Source: Arenimonas sp.
GTDB taxonomy: Bacteria; Pseudomonadota; Gammaproteobacteria; Xanthomonadales; Xanthomonadaceae
Assembly (NCBI RefSeq): GCF_044353605.1
Contig: NZ_JBILBO010000008.1
Location: 3,706-67,705 of the forward strand
Reading direction: 5' to 3'
DNA length: 64,000 nucleotides
Shown one piece after another: positions 29,928 through 38,906 of this stretch. Numbering within the stretch: the first letter of the stretch is position 1; each line of letters begins with the position of its first letter. The translations under genes and the position numbers were made by a program. The notes under the pieces are model-generated. The model was not told where the DNA came from and ran no database searches. It was given only the letters and a program-made list of their open reading frames with translations.

Positions 29928-30494
29928 TCAAGTAATATTATGTGATTCTGACACAATTTTTTTCAGTATTTCAGTTTCGCGAGTGTTTGCACCAAGTGCT
30001 TTTAACCAATCGTTTAAATCGGACAATTGAACCTTTCTTCCCTTGTTTTTGGCGAACGCAGGATAGTCTTGAATTGCCCTCTCGGCTAATGCCTTCAAAT
30101 GGTTCCAGTATTGGTTTTGTTCAAGTTCCGATACTTGGCTAGATTTTAATTTTGGGTTGGTCAATTCTTTGATATATGGCGCAAAGTCAGGAAATGTTTT
30201 ATGAAAGCGAAAAACACTAGGTTTACTCTTGGCCCATTGGATGGCATCGATCGGTCTTATCCTACGAGCACCATAAAATAAGTCATCGGAATTTGGGCCC
30301 AGAATTACAGCCAAATTACCTACGCTAATGGCGGATTCAATTTCTGCTCTCGCATCATTTGATAGTGTTTCATGTGGTTGTGAAGTATCAATTCCGCGGC
30401 CAGCCAAAAGATATGAAAATTGTTCGACGGTCCAATACTCTTGGCATGCTAACTCGGCCAAGTCCATTGCTGTTATGTTCTTAGTTTGCGACAT
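29928..30494 (-). CDS. Hypothetical protein
   Basis: 188-codon AT-rich ORF upstream of alpA on the same strand. Confidence 0.7.
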   Translation of the reverse strand: MSQTKNITAMDLAELACQEYWTVEQFSYLLAGRGIDTSQPHETLSNDARAEIESAISVGNLAVILGPNSDDLFYGARRIRPIDAIQWAKSKPSVFRFHKTFPDFAPYIKELTNPKLKSSQVSELEQNQYWNHLKALAERAIQDYPAFAKNKGRKVQLSDLNDWLKALGANTRETEILKKIVSESHNIT

Positions 30495-30764
30495 TTATCT
30501 TTTCTCTGGTTGATCGATATAAGATCTAATTCAGGCTGGTGAAAAATCTTTGTTTTAAATACCATTTGAACAGGGTGATCCGGACCGTCGCTAGATATCA
30601 TTGATGCAATACTACACCTGGCTGGAAACTTGTAAACTGGACCAATGATTTACTAGCTAAAGGGCTACCAGAAACGGACGTAGGCCGGGGCCATGTATAG
30701 GGGTGTCTCAGGATTTGATTCTGGGACATGGTAGGCTTTTGGTGCTGACATGCTAGGATAATAT

Positions 30765-31865
30765 ATGAAATCAATGAGTTTACGTCCTATGGGAAACGTC
30801 GTAATGCCAGCAATGGCAACAGAATATATTGGGAGCAAACGTTCACTATTGACGTTTGTAGCTGGTTCTATAGATAAAAAAGTGGGGGCAGGTGGCCGTG
30901 AGGTAACGGATTTATTTTCCGGGACCGGTGTGGTTTCCGCAGCATTTAAGATGCGTGGTTATGCGGTCACTGCCAACGATCATTTGGCTATGTGTTTCAA
31001 TCTCACCTCATCTACATTGCTCAACACTGTAGCGCCAAATTTCTCAAAACTGCCAAAAAGTATTCGTGGCAGTCAGAAGAATGCTTATTATTCAGTGCTC
31101 GATTATCTGAATAAATTGCCGCAAAGAAATGGTGGGTTTATTCATAAGAATTATTCCCCGGCCTCTTTTGAAATGCTGGGATATGAGCGTCGTTATTTCA
31201 CTGAAACGAATGCGATGCGAATTGACACTATTCGTTCCGAAATCGAGAGCTGGGACTCACTTTTAACCAAGGCCGAAAGGGCACTTTTGCTTTCCGATTT
31301 GATCAGGGCTGTAAGTGGAGTTAGCAATATTGCAGGCACCTATGGCTGTTACTTGAAAAACTGGAAACCACGTGCACTCAAAACGTTACAATTGGGACCA
31401 AGCACATTTGTAGATGGCCGTTCGAATGGGCATAAAATTTCCTCTCTGGATGCTGAGTATGCAATCTCCAAATCCAAATCAAGAATTATCTACTGCGACC
31501 CACCCTACACAAAACGACAATATGCAGCTTATTATCATATATTAGAAACTATTGTTCGATGGGATATGCCTGTACTGACTGGTTCAACAGGGCTCAGGAA
31601 CTGGGAAACGCATGCGTCAGATTTTTGCCATAAAAGAAAGGCTGAATCAGCGCTCGAAAATCTGGTTCGCAACGCACGTTGCGAGCATTTTTTCTTGAGC
31701 TATAATGATGATGGACAAATCAAGCATGGGCAAATACTCGAAATTTTAAGTGGATATGGTCGATCGTCATACACAGAAATGCAGTTAAAGCGCTATAGAA
31801 GCAGTAGCTTGCCGCATAAGGGGCCAACAGTGGCCGAGCGTTTGTATCATCTAGAAATGGCGTAG
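30765..31865 (+). CDS. Alpha-class (Dam/FokI-like) DNA adenine methyltransferase
   Basis: YIGSK, DLFSGTG (motif I), YCDPPY (motif IV). True start may be at 30804 or 30813. Confidence 0.88.
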   Translation: MKSMSLRPMGNVVMPAMATEYIGSKRSLLTFVAGSIDKKVGAGGREVTDLFSGTGVVSAAFKMRGYAVTANDHLAMCFNLTSSTLLNTVAPNFSKLPKSIRGSQKNAYYSVLDYLNKLPQRNGGFIHKNYSPASFEMLGYERRYFTETNAMRIDTIRSEIESWDSLLTKAERALLLSDLIRAVSGVSNIAGTYGCYLKNWKPRALKTLQLGPSTFVDGRSNGHKISSLDAEYAISKSKSRIIYCDPPYTKRQYAAYYHILETIVRWDMPVLTGSTGLRNWETHASDFCHKRKAESALENLVRNARCEHFFLSYNDDGQIKHGQILEILSGYGRSSYTEMQLKRYRSSSLPHKGPTVAERLYHLEMA

Positions 31866-31874
31866 GAACTTCCC

Positions 31875-32369
31875 ATGTTAAAACCAGTTAATGCGATCCT
31901 TTGGAGAAAATGTAATCAGGCTACTATTGATACATTAGAAGGTGTTTCAAACGGTCAGTATCACATAGCTCTTCAAACGCATGATTATTCAAGGTTTTTC
32001 ATTGGAGTAGAGAAAAAGAATAATACCGGTTTAGGAGGGTATGAGCTTGACGTTCCAATAGAGCCTTTCTCCGGTCAAAACCCAGTCGATGCATTAACAC
32101 TTACATTCAAGTATATGGGACAAACATCTGCACGTAAGGATTGGAACATACCAGCTCAGCGCCCTGACACAGCTTATCCTCTGTGGAGAAAAGGTCGAGG
32201 ATATTCATCAAGAAAAACAGTTGGCACTCATGACTATATTGTTATAGCACGTGACACCGACGGCAGTTTTCATGCGCGTTGGGTAAGGAGTGCTGATTTC
32301 ATTGCAATTCCAGAGAAATTGAGAACTTTAATGTTGGCATCTGATGCTGGATGGAGCGAGGTACTATGA
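31875..32369 (+). CDS. Hypothetical protein, putative DNA-recognition subunit of the McrBC-like module
   Basis: Basic, beta-rich ORF; its stop overlaps the McrB-like ATG (ATGA). Confidence 0.7.
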   Translation: MLKPVNAILWRKCNQATIDTLEGVSNGQYHIALQTHDYSRFFIGVEKKNNTGLGGYELDVPIEPFSGQNPVDALTLTFKYMGQTSARKDWNIPAQRPDTAYPLWRKGRGYSSRKTVGTHDYIVIARDTDGSFHARWVRSADFIAIPEKLRTLMLASDAGWSEVL

Positions 32370-33604
32370 CTGTTTCAGTTGAAATTGTAGTTGCAGCTTT
32401 GCTGAAACACAAAAATGTATTACTTTACGGCCCGCCAGGCACTGGGAAGTCACACTTGATGTCTGAGGTAGCCAAGCGGTTTGAGCAAAACGCCTCTGGT
32501 TCAGCCGCAACAAACATTGTGATCGATACAAGTGAGGAAAGAGCTCCCTTTAGTGTTGCGACTGTTCCAACTGTAGCTACCCGTTGGGTGACATTTCATC
32601 AAGGATATTCTTATGAAGACTTTGTTTTGGGGATGCGCCCAGAGTCTTCCGCTGGCGGTCTATTCTCGCTTATTCCAAGGCCAGGGGTTTTGCTTGAGCT
32701 CGCAGCAGAAGCAAGGAATGGCAAGGGACTGCTGCTAATAGACGAGATAAATCGAGGAAATACATCTAGAATATTTGGTGAATTTATTACGCTTATGGAG
32801 CCAGAAAAGCGTCTTGGCGAGGATGGTGCGCCAATTGCGACCACCATTACCATTACATTGCCATATCTCGCGCCCGGCGAACGTCTCATCGTGTCAACGT
32901 CACAAGGAGAAGAGGTAATTGAGCGTGCTTTCGCGATGCCTTCTGAATTGTATACGTTGGCAAGCATGAATTCTGTCGACAAATCCATTGCACCAATTGA
33001 CACAGCACTGCGCCGCCGGTTTCATGTGATCAACCTTGCTCCAGCGCTCGATGATTTGGAGTATGCTGTTGGCCTCGAAAGAGGCGACAGCGGAAACCTT
33101 GTGGCATTAGGTGCAGACGCGAGCGCTTTAGATGTGGCCAGAATTGCTGTAGTTGCACTATCAAAGGTCAACAAAGCGATTGGGTTACATCTTGGCGTCG
33201 ATTTCATGCTCGGCCAATGGTATTTGAAAAACTTTTCTCAATTAGACGCAGCAAATGCAAGAAATCAATTATTCGATGTTTGGCTTTATCGGGTGTTGCC
33301 GCAGCTAATTGAGCTATTTCATGGTCGTGGCGATACGCTGGCTTCTATATTGGAAGTTGACGGGTCGCGAAAAAATGGCAGCGGCTTGGTGCTGGTTATG
33401 CCGTCGCCAGACGAGATCGAAAATGGTGCAACCCAATTCGTCATTATGTCTGATCCTTTGCCGACGCAAGAGCAATTGATGAAATATCTCCAGAAGTTTG
33501 CAGGTGTGGTTGAGGCCCCGGCAGCAGTGCCAGCAAGTCCAGCCACTCCATTGCTCAACGAAGCCAATCCTGGGGTGTCGAGTTCGCCAACGGGTGAGGG
33601 ATAA
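32366..33604 (+). CDS. McrB-like AAA+ GTPase lacking an N-terminal DNA-binding domain
   Basis: GPPGTGKS near residue 22, VTFHQGYSYEDF, IDEINRGN, MNSVD (McrB NxxD signature), ALRRRF. Confidence 0.9.
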   Translation: MTVSVEIVVAALLKHKNVLLYGPPGTGKSHLMSEVAKRFEQNASGSAATNIVIDTSEERAPFSVATVPTVATRWVTFHQGYSYEDFVLGMRPESSAGGLFSLIPRPGVLLELAAEARNGKGLLLIDEINRGNTSRIFGEFITLMEPEKRLGEDGAPIATTITITLPYLAPGERLIVSTSQGEEVIERAFAMPSELYTLASMNSVDKSIAPIDTALRRRFHVINLAPALDDLEYAVGLERGDSGNLVALGADASALDVARIAVVALSKVNKAIGLHLGVDFMLGQWYLKNFSQLDAANARNQLFDVWLYRVLPQLIELFHGRGDTLASILEVDGSRKNGSGLVLVMPSPDEIENGATQFVIMSDPLPTQEQLMKYLQKFAGVVEAPAAVPASPATPLLNEANPGVSSSPTGEG

Positions 33605-33609
33605 TTAAT

Positions 33610-34980
33610 TTGAGCATGGTGTCTACAAGTACTGCATTCCTTATTGAAAATGGAAGTTGGTGCCTACTTACTGACATTGTTCCTTCAAGCAAAGTAGACA
33701 CACTAAGATTAAAAAATGATCTCTTAAAAATAGGTAAGAAGCTTCGTAATTCTCTCGGACTTCGTTTTGATCCTTTTGATTTTCGTACCGGTGTAAGCGG
33801 TATTGAAGTATCTGTGTCAGGTATTGCAGGAACAATTAGCACCGGTGACACAGTTCTAGAAATCGCACCCAAGTTTGTACCTCAAGGCATGATATCTGCC
33901 GATTGGGATGCAAGCCTTTTATTACTGATGCAGTATGCAAAAAAGCGTCATATTGCTTATAATCGCTCCAAATATTTATCCGCATCCCGCCATAATTTCG
34001 TTGACTTGATGGCAATAGCTTTCCTTGATTCGGTGGAAGCAGGATTATCGGATCAAATGATTCACACCTATCAAACGCGTGAAGAGCGATTGCCTATAAT
34101 GCGAGGTCGCCTAAATCTTCAGCGACAAATAAAATCCGTCTTTGTCCGTCCTCACTTGTTGGAATGTGACGTTAATCAATTGGACGCCGTGAATCCTTTC
34201 AATGGGTTGCTTAAATGGGCGGCCCAGGCGTTGACTGCTTCTGTTAGATCCTCCAGTATACGACGAAGAGTAAGCGATATTTCACAACTCTTTCCAGGTA
34301 GGCCTGACCGGTCGATCGCAATGAGGGGCATGCAAGTTAACCCGCCCCCACAATTTCGAACATGGACAGGAGCGCTTGAAATCGCCTCAATGCTTTCTGC
34401 AGGCCTCAGTCACACCGCAAGTCGCGGCTCGCAGAATGGTTATTCATTCGTGTTCAATATGGAGAAGCTTTTTGAACATTTCGTTCAATGTAGTTTGCAA
34501 CGGGCTGTGTCACGGGTGGAAAAGCTAAAGCTTACAGTAAATGCCCAGGTTCAAACGGCCTACGCTATGCCGACGAGCGATGGGAAAGTGGTCTTTTATT
34601 CAAAACCAGACAATGTTGTTAAGAATGTAGACAAGGCAGTGGCAATAGTTGACGCAAAATATAAACGCCTTTCTGACCAAAGTGGGGCTAAAAATAAGAA
34701 GCCCGTGAATCAAGACGTATATGAGCTAGTTGCTGCAATGACAGCACAACGCTGTCGTGTAGGATTACTAGTGTACCCAAAAGTGCACGGAGACGCAGAA
34801 CTGTCGGACGGTGATTTGCAAGTTTGGACAGTTGATGCGTTTGGAACAACGCTGCATGTGGGTGCAGTGGCAATTGATTTAGTTGGACTGCATTCGCTAA
34901 ATGACTTGCAAAAAGTTGATCAGAAGCTTGCTTCAGTATTGCAGGACATATTGAGTCAGGCTGAGGTTTCACAATCGTGA
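33610..34980 (+). CDS. McrC-like PD-(D/E)xK nuclease
   Basis: LEIAPKF, RGRLN, FNMEKLFE, KPD...VDAKYK, QDVYELVA. Confidence 0.88.
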   Translation: MSMVSTSTAFLIENGSWCLLTDIVPSSKVDTLRLKNDLLKIGKKLRNSLGLRFDPFDFRTGVSGIEVSVSGIAGTISTGDTVLEIAPKFVPQGMISADWDASLLLLMQYAKKRHIAYNRSKYLSASRHNFVDLMAIAFLDSVEAGLSDQMIHTYQTREERLPIMRGRLNLQRQIKSVFVRPHLLECDVNQLDAVNPFNGLLKWAAQALTASVRSSSIRRRVSDISQLFPGRPDRSIAMRGMQVNPPPQFRTWTGALEIASMLSAGLSHTASRGSQNGYSFVFNMEKLFEHFVQCSLQRAVSRVEKLKLTVNAQVQTAYAMPTSDGKVVFYSKPDNVVKNVDKAVAIVDAKYKRLSDQSGAKNKKPVNQDVYELVAAMTAQRCRVGLLVYPKVHGDAELSDGDLQVWTVDAFGTTLHVGAVAIDLVGLHSLNDLQKVDQKLASVLQDILSQAEVSQS

Positions 34981-37343
34981 AAAAGAATACACTTGAATTT
35001 TCAGAAATTGTTGATGAAGCCTACTTGGCTTTCGCAGAACAAGCCGCACACAATAAAAGTAGGAGTCTTGCGGCCATACATGAATACGCGTTTGCTAGGA
35101 CTATTGAAGCTTCGTTGTCGGCTCTATACGATGCGAAAGGGCTGAATTTTGATGGTTTAGTTAAAACGAGGCGTCTAACTGCTGTAAACAGGCTCGAAGT
35201 TGCAATGCGTGAGTTAGTTGCTAAAGATAAAACTGACGGCGGAGCCGCAGCAAAGGTAGGGGCTTCGTTTGAACAGTTAAGCGGAAAATGCATTGTCAAA
35301 AATGCACAAGAAAAATTAGAAATTTCCACTTCTTCTGAACAAAGGAGTGGAGGCGTTTATTTCACGCCTCCTGAATTAGCCGAAGCCATGCTTGAGCCTG
35401 CACTGCGGAATGCTTTTTCATCTATCTCATCTATTCAAGAATTGCGGCAAGTTTCAATACTTGATCCAGCAGTTGGATGTGGATCATTCCTTCTGGCAGC
35501 CATTCGCATAGGCGCAAAAATATTAGGAGAGAAACAAGGATTTTCAAAGTATTCCAATCAATTGCTAAAATCCGAAATTGCCAGATTCTGCTTATATGGC
35601 GTTGATATCGATCCAATTGCTATTGCGACAGTCAGATCCCTAATCATCGCAGAGATAGGCGACAAAAAGTGGAAGCCACTTGCAATGGATCGTCACTTGA
35701 AAGTAGGTGATGCCATTTGTAGCTCTTTAGCAGATTGGCGCTCATGGTTTCCAAGTCGCAAAAAGCGTGGATTTAGTGTCATAGTAACAAATCCGCCTTG
35801 GAGTAAACTACGCCCACTTCGGCACGAATTTTTTGAACATATTGATGAAAGGGTTAGGTTATATCAGGGTAGTGATCTAGGGCGTTATCTAGATACACAT
35901 TTGAGCGACTTGGTTAAGGCTGGCTGGAATGATCATGTTAATAAGACGATTTTACTTTCTAATAACCTAAAAAACTCTACGGAATATAGGCTGAACTCCG
36001 ACTCATCAGGAGACCCTGATTTATACAAATATTTTGTGGAGAGATCAGTTGCGCTATTGGCAGATGATGGAATTGCTTCGTTGCTTTTACCGTCTGGAGT
36101 GCTAAGAGCCCAGGGGTCTGCAGCATTGCGTCGCTTGATATTTGAGCAAGGCGAAGTGCTAAATCTTGTTGAATATATTAACCGACGAAAGATTTTCGAT
36201 ATACATTCGATGTATAGGTTTTGTTCGATACAATTTAAAAAGGGTCGTCGAGGAGGGATTCTAAACGCAAAATTTGGGGTTGAGGATATCAAAGCAAGCG
36301 ATAATAATGCCAAAAATAGACTTAGCATTAAATATTTATCTGCGGTAGGCGGGGTCGATTCTTTGATACCCGAAGTACGGACTCCGCAAGAAAGAGACCT
36401 GCTTTTGCGCCTATATAAAACTTATCCAACCGCCGCTACAGTATCAGGCCATTGGGCTTTTAAATTCAATCGTGAATTGGACATGACGAATGATTCGTCA
36501 GCGTTTATTGAATCTAATCGGGCAATTAAAGATGGTTACGAACGCCAAGCCGATGGGCGTTGGCTATCAAAAAATTCTGCTATCGCTCTTCTCCCCCTTT
36601 ATGAAGGACGAATGGTTCATCAGTATGATTGTGTTGCTAAATTGTATGTGCATGGTCAAGGCCGATCAGCCAAGTGGAGGGTGCCACGACCTGAAGAGCG
36701 GCAAATATTTCCGCACTATTTTGTGCCCGAACCATATGCGATTTCACGCGGTTGGCAGGCTCGTCCAAGAGCGGCGTATTGTGAAATAAGCGGTCACGCT
36801 AATGAGCGAACAGTGCTTGCAGCCATGATTCCGCCCTTTGCCGTTTGCGGGAATAAAGTTCCGGTCCTGAATTTATATGATGAATCTTATGATTCGCACT
36901 TGCTTTGGCTTGCTTTAGCAAACTCTTTGGTTGTTGATTGGCTGATGAGACGATGGGTTTCTACGACAATAAATCAGTTTTACTGGCGAAATATTCCGCT
37001 GCCACCTCGATCAATGAGCAAGAATAATAGGTTTCTTATTGGTGCTGCCAAATATCTCATAGCGCATGACGAGCTAGTTGAAAATTCTGATGTCTGGTAC
37101 GAGAATCGTGCGAAGATTCGAGCAGCAATTGACGCTGTAGTCCTGGATATCTATGGGGTAACAGATGAAGAGTTGAATGTTATATTAGAGGATTTTCCAG
37201 CATTTCGTGTCTCACATAAGCGACATAAAAACAATGTCCTGTCATTTGAAGAGTTAATAGCAAAAGCACGACAAGCACATCGCTCTGGAAATTTAAATCT
37301 TAAGTCAATTATTAAAGCATCCTCAGGATATGCTTCAGCTTAA
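34977..37343 (+). CDS. Gamma-class adenine methyltransferase with TRD (Eco57I/type IIG-like, no obvious nuclease domain)
   Basis: GVYFTP, ILDPAVGCGSFL, LYGVDID, VTNPPW, LYKYFVE, LPLYEGRMVHQYD. Confidence 0.88.
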   Translation: MKKNTLEFSEIVDEAYLAFAEQAAHNKSRSLAAIHEYAFARTIEASLSALYDAKGLNFDGLVKTRRLTAVNRLEVAMRELVAKDKTDGGAAAKVGASFEQLSGKCIVKNAQEKLEISTSSEQRSGGVYFTPPELAEAMLEPALRNAFSSISSIQELRQVSILDPAVGCGSFLLAAIRIGAKILGEKQGFSKYSNQLLKSEIARFCLYGVDIDPIAIATVRSLIIAEIGDKKWKPLAMDRHLKVGDAICSSLADWRSWFPSRKKRGFSVIVTNPPWSKLRPLRHEFFEHIDERVRLYQGSDLGRYLDTHLSDLVKAGWNDHVNKTILLSNNLKNSTEYRLNSDSSGDPDLYKYFVERSVALLADDGIASLLLPSGVLRAQGSAALRRLIFEQGEVLNLVEYINRRKIFDIHSMYRFCSIQFKKGRRGGILNAKFGVEDIKASDNNAKNRLSIKYLSAVGGVDSLIPEVRTPQERDLLLRLYKTYPTAATVSGHWAFKFNRELDMTNDSSAFIESNRAIKDGYERQADGRWLSKNSAIALLPLYEGRMVHQYDCVAKLYVHGQGRSAKWRVPRPEERQIFPHYFVPEPYAISRGWQARPRAAYCEISGHANERTVLAAMIPPFAVCGNKVPVLNLYDESYDSHLLWLALANSLVVDWLMRRWVSTTINQFYWRNIPLPPRSMSKNNRFLIGAAKYLIAHDELVENSDVWYENRAKIRAAIDAVVLDIYGVTDEELNVILEDFPAFRVSHKRHKNNVLSFEELIAKARQAHRSGNLNLKSIIKASSGYASA

Positions 37344-37421
37344 GTAACAAAAGGACTGGGGGTTGTCTTACTGATCCGTCACCGCACTATTACCGTCTTG
37401 TCAGCCTCGGATTTAATTGCA

Positions 37422-38684
37422 TTAGGCTGTGCCTCGTATTGGCTTGACCACAGCATCAGTCGGTACAGTCGCACAATAAACTGACCAGTCTGCCATCAAA
37501 GCCGCGCGTTTGACGAACTGTGAACCACGCTGATAAGCCCGTTCGACAGCATCTGGTAGTTGATGCGATAGGGCGTGTTCGGCAACTTCACGCGGATAAT
37601 TCGTGCTCTCTGCTGCCCACATGCGAAAGGTGCTGCGGAATCCATGAACTGTGATGCCATTGCCGTTGGCATCCACCCAGACGGGCTTCTCATCGCCGTT
37701 CATACGCCGAATAACGGCGGTTAGAGACATATCCGACAGAGGCTGACCTTTCGAACCGGCAAACACTAGTTCAGCGTCGTCGACTTTGGGCATTGATTCC
37801 AGCAAAGCCAACGCAGCGTGACTCAATGGCACTTGATGTTCGCGTTTGGCTTTCATGCGTACAGCAGGAATTGTCCAGATTTTGCCCGCTATATCGAACT
37901 CGGGCCAGCGAGCACCGCGCACCTCTCCCGACCTGCAGGCGGTCAGAATGGCGAACTCAACCGCTTTAGCAGATACGCACTCACGCGTTCGCAGAGCCGA
38001 CATAAATGATCCGATGTGCTGCCATGCTAGTGATGGATGATTCTTCATCCGGCTGGATTTGCTGATGTTGGCCAGCAGGTTTTTGAGGTGACCCTTCCAA
38101 CGAGCAGGATTCTCGCCGGTACGATAACCGCTGGTGGTAGCCCAGCCCAAAACGGACTCGATACGCCCACGTACACGGCTGGCGGTTTCGGTCTTGCTCT
38201 CCCAAATCGGGGTTAGACACTTCATGACCAGGGAGGTATCAATATCGGCCACGGGCAAATGACCGAACACAGGACTGGCGTAGGTGCTAAGCGTGTTTGT
38301 CCACTGGTCGCAGTGTTTGGCGTTCTTCCATCCAGCCTTGTGCGCAAGGATATACGCTGCGGCACATTGGTCGAAGCTCATCTTCTTGGCCTCGATCAGA
38401 GTAGCTGCGAGCTTGCTTTGTTTCTTGGCTACCAAAGGATTGATGCCCTCGAGCAGCAGTTTCCGCGCAGCCTGAGCTTTCTGCCGTGCCTCGGTCAGGC
38501 TCACGGTATGTGTTGGCCCCAATCCCATCCCGAACGGCTTTCCGGCCACCATGTACCGAAACAGCCATGACTTTGAACCAGTGGAGGTAATCTGAAGCGT
38601 CAAACCGCCCCCGTCGCCATATAATCCTGGCTTGGTGAGTTTGGTGACTTTGAGAGCTGAAAGTCGTTGGTGTTGGCGTGCCAT
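37422..38684 (-). CDS. Tyrosine integrase (P4-like, N-terminal arm-binding domain)
   Basis: GLYGDGGGL, CRSGE, HGFRSTF, ALSH, AYQR. Confidence 0.96.
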   Translation of the reverse strand: MARQHQRLSALKVTKLTKPGLYGDGGGLTLQITSTGSKSWLFRYMVAGKPFGMGLGPTHTVSLTEARQKAQAARKLLLEGINPLVAKKQSKLAATLIEAKKMSFDQCAAAYILAHKAGWKNAKHCDQWTNTLSTYASPVFGHLPVADIDTSLVMKCLTPIWESKTETASRVRGRIESVLGWATTSGYRTGENPARWKGHLKNLLANISKSSRMKNHPSLAWQHIGSFMSALRTRECVSAKAVEFAILTACRSGEVRGARWPEFDIAGKIWTIPAVRMKAKREHQVPLSHAALALLESMPKVDDAELVFAGSKGQPLSDMSLTAVIRRMNGDEKPVWVDANGNGITVHGFRSTFRMWAAESTNYPREVAEHALSHQLPDAVERAYQRGSQFVKRAALMADWSVYCATVPTDAVVKPIRGTA

Positions 38685-38685
38685 G

Positions 38686-38719
38686 CTATCCTAAGACTAT
38701 CAAAATGACTATCAAATTA
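38686..38719 (+). repeat. Putative integrase arm-type sites (right end), overlapping the integrase RBS
   Basis: CTATC at 38686, 38697 and 38709. Confidence 0.65.
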
Positions 38720-38835
38720 TAATCAGATTCAATGGGATTGTAAAGGATCATCTTGGACGATTATATTCCATAACATAATGATATATATGTTAATAATGGA
38801 AACTTCTGGACAATGTCGGACTTCAATCAGGCGGA

Positions 38836-38849
38836 CTCCCTCTCCGCCA
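38836..38849 (+). repeat. att core, distal copy
   Basis: CTCCCTCTCCGCCA identical to the tRNA-Ser(CGA) 3' end. Confidence 0.85.
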
Positions 38850-38857
38850 GTAGTTCT

Positions 38858-38883
38858 AAAGCCCCTGCCAGCAGGGGCTTTTT
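38858..38883 (+). terminator. Terminator, probably the original tRNA-Ser terminator
   Basis: AAAGCCCCTGC-CA-GCAGGGGCTTT just after the distal att copy. Confidence 0.75.
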
Positions 38884-38906
38884 CATTCAGATGGCAATCG
38901 GACCGG

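Larger units (their letters stand above)
26105..38849. mobile_element. Integrative island / phage-satellite-like element
   Basis: att duplication of the tRNA 3' end, tyrosine integrase, AlpA, primase-helicase, visibly AT-richer cargo. Confidence 0.88.

Noticed and set aside
30495-30764. Short ORFs (28 and 43 codons, minus strand) in the spacer before the first methyltransferase
   Set aside because: No RBS or motif; no controller (C-protein) HTH recognisable.
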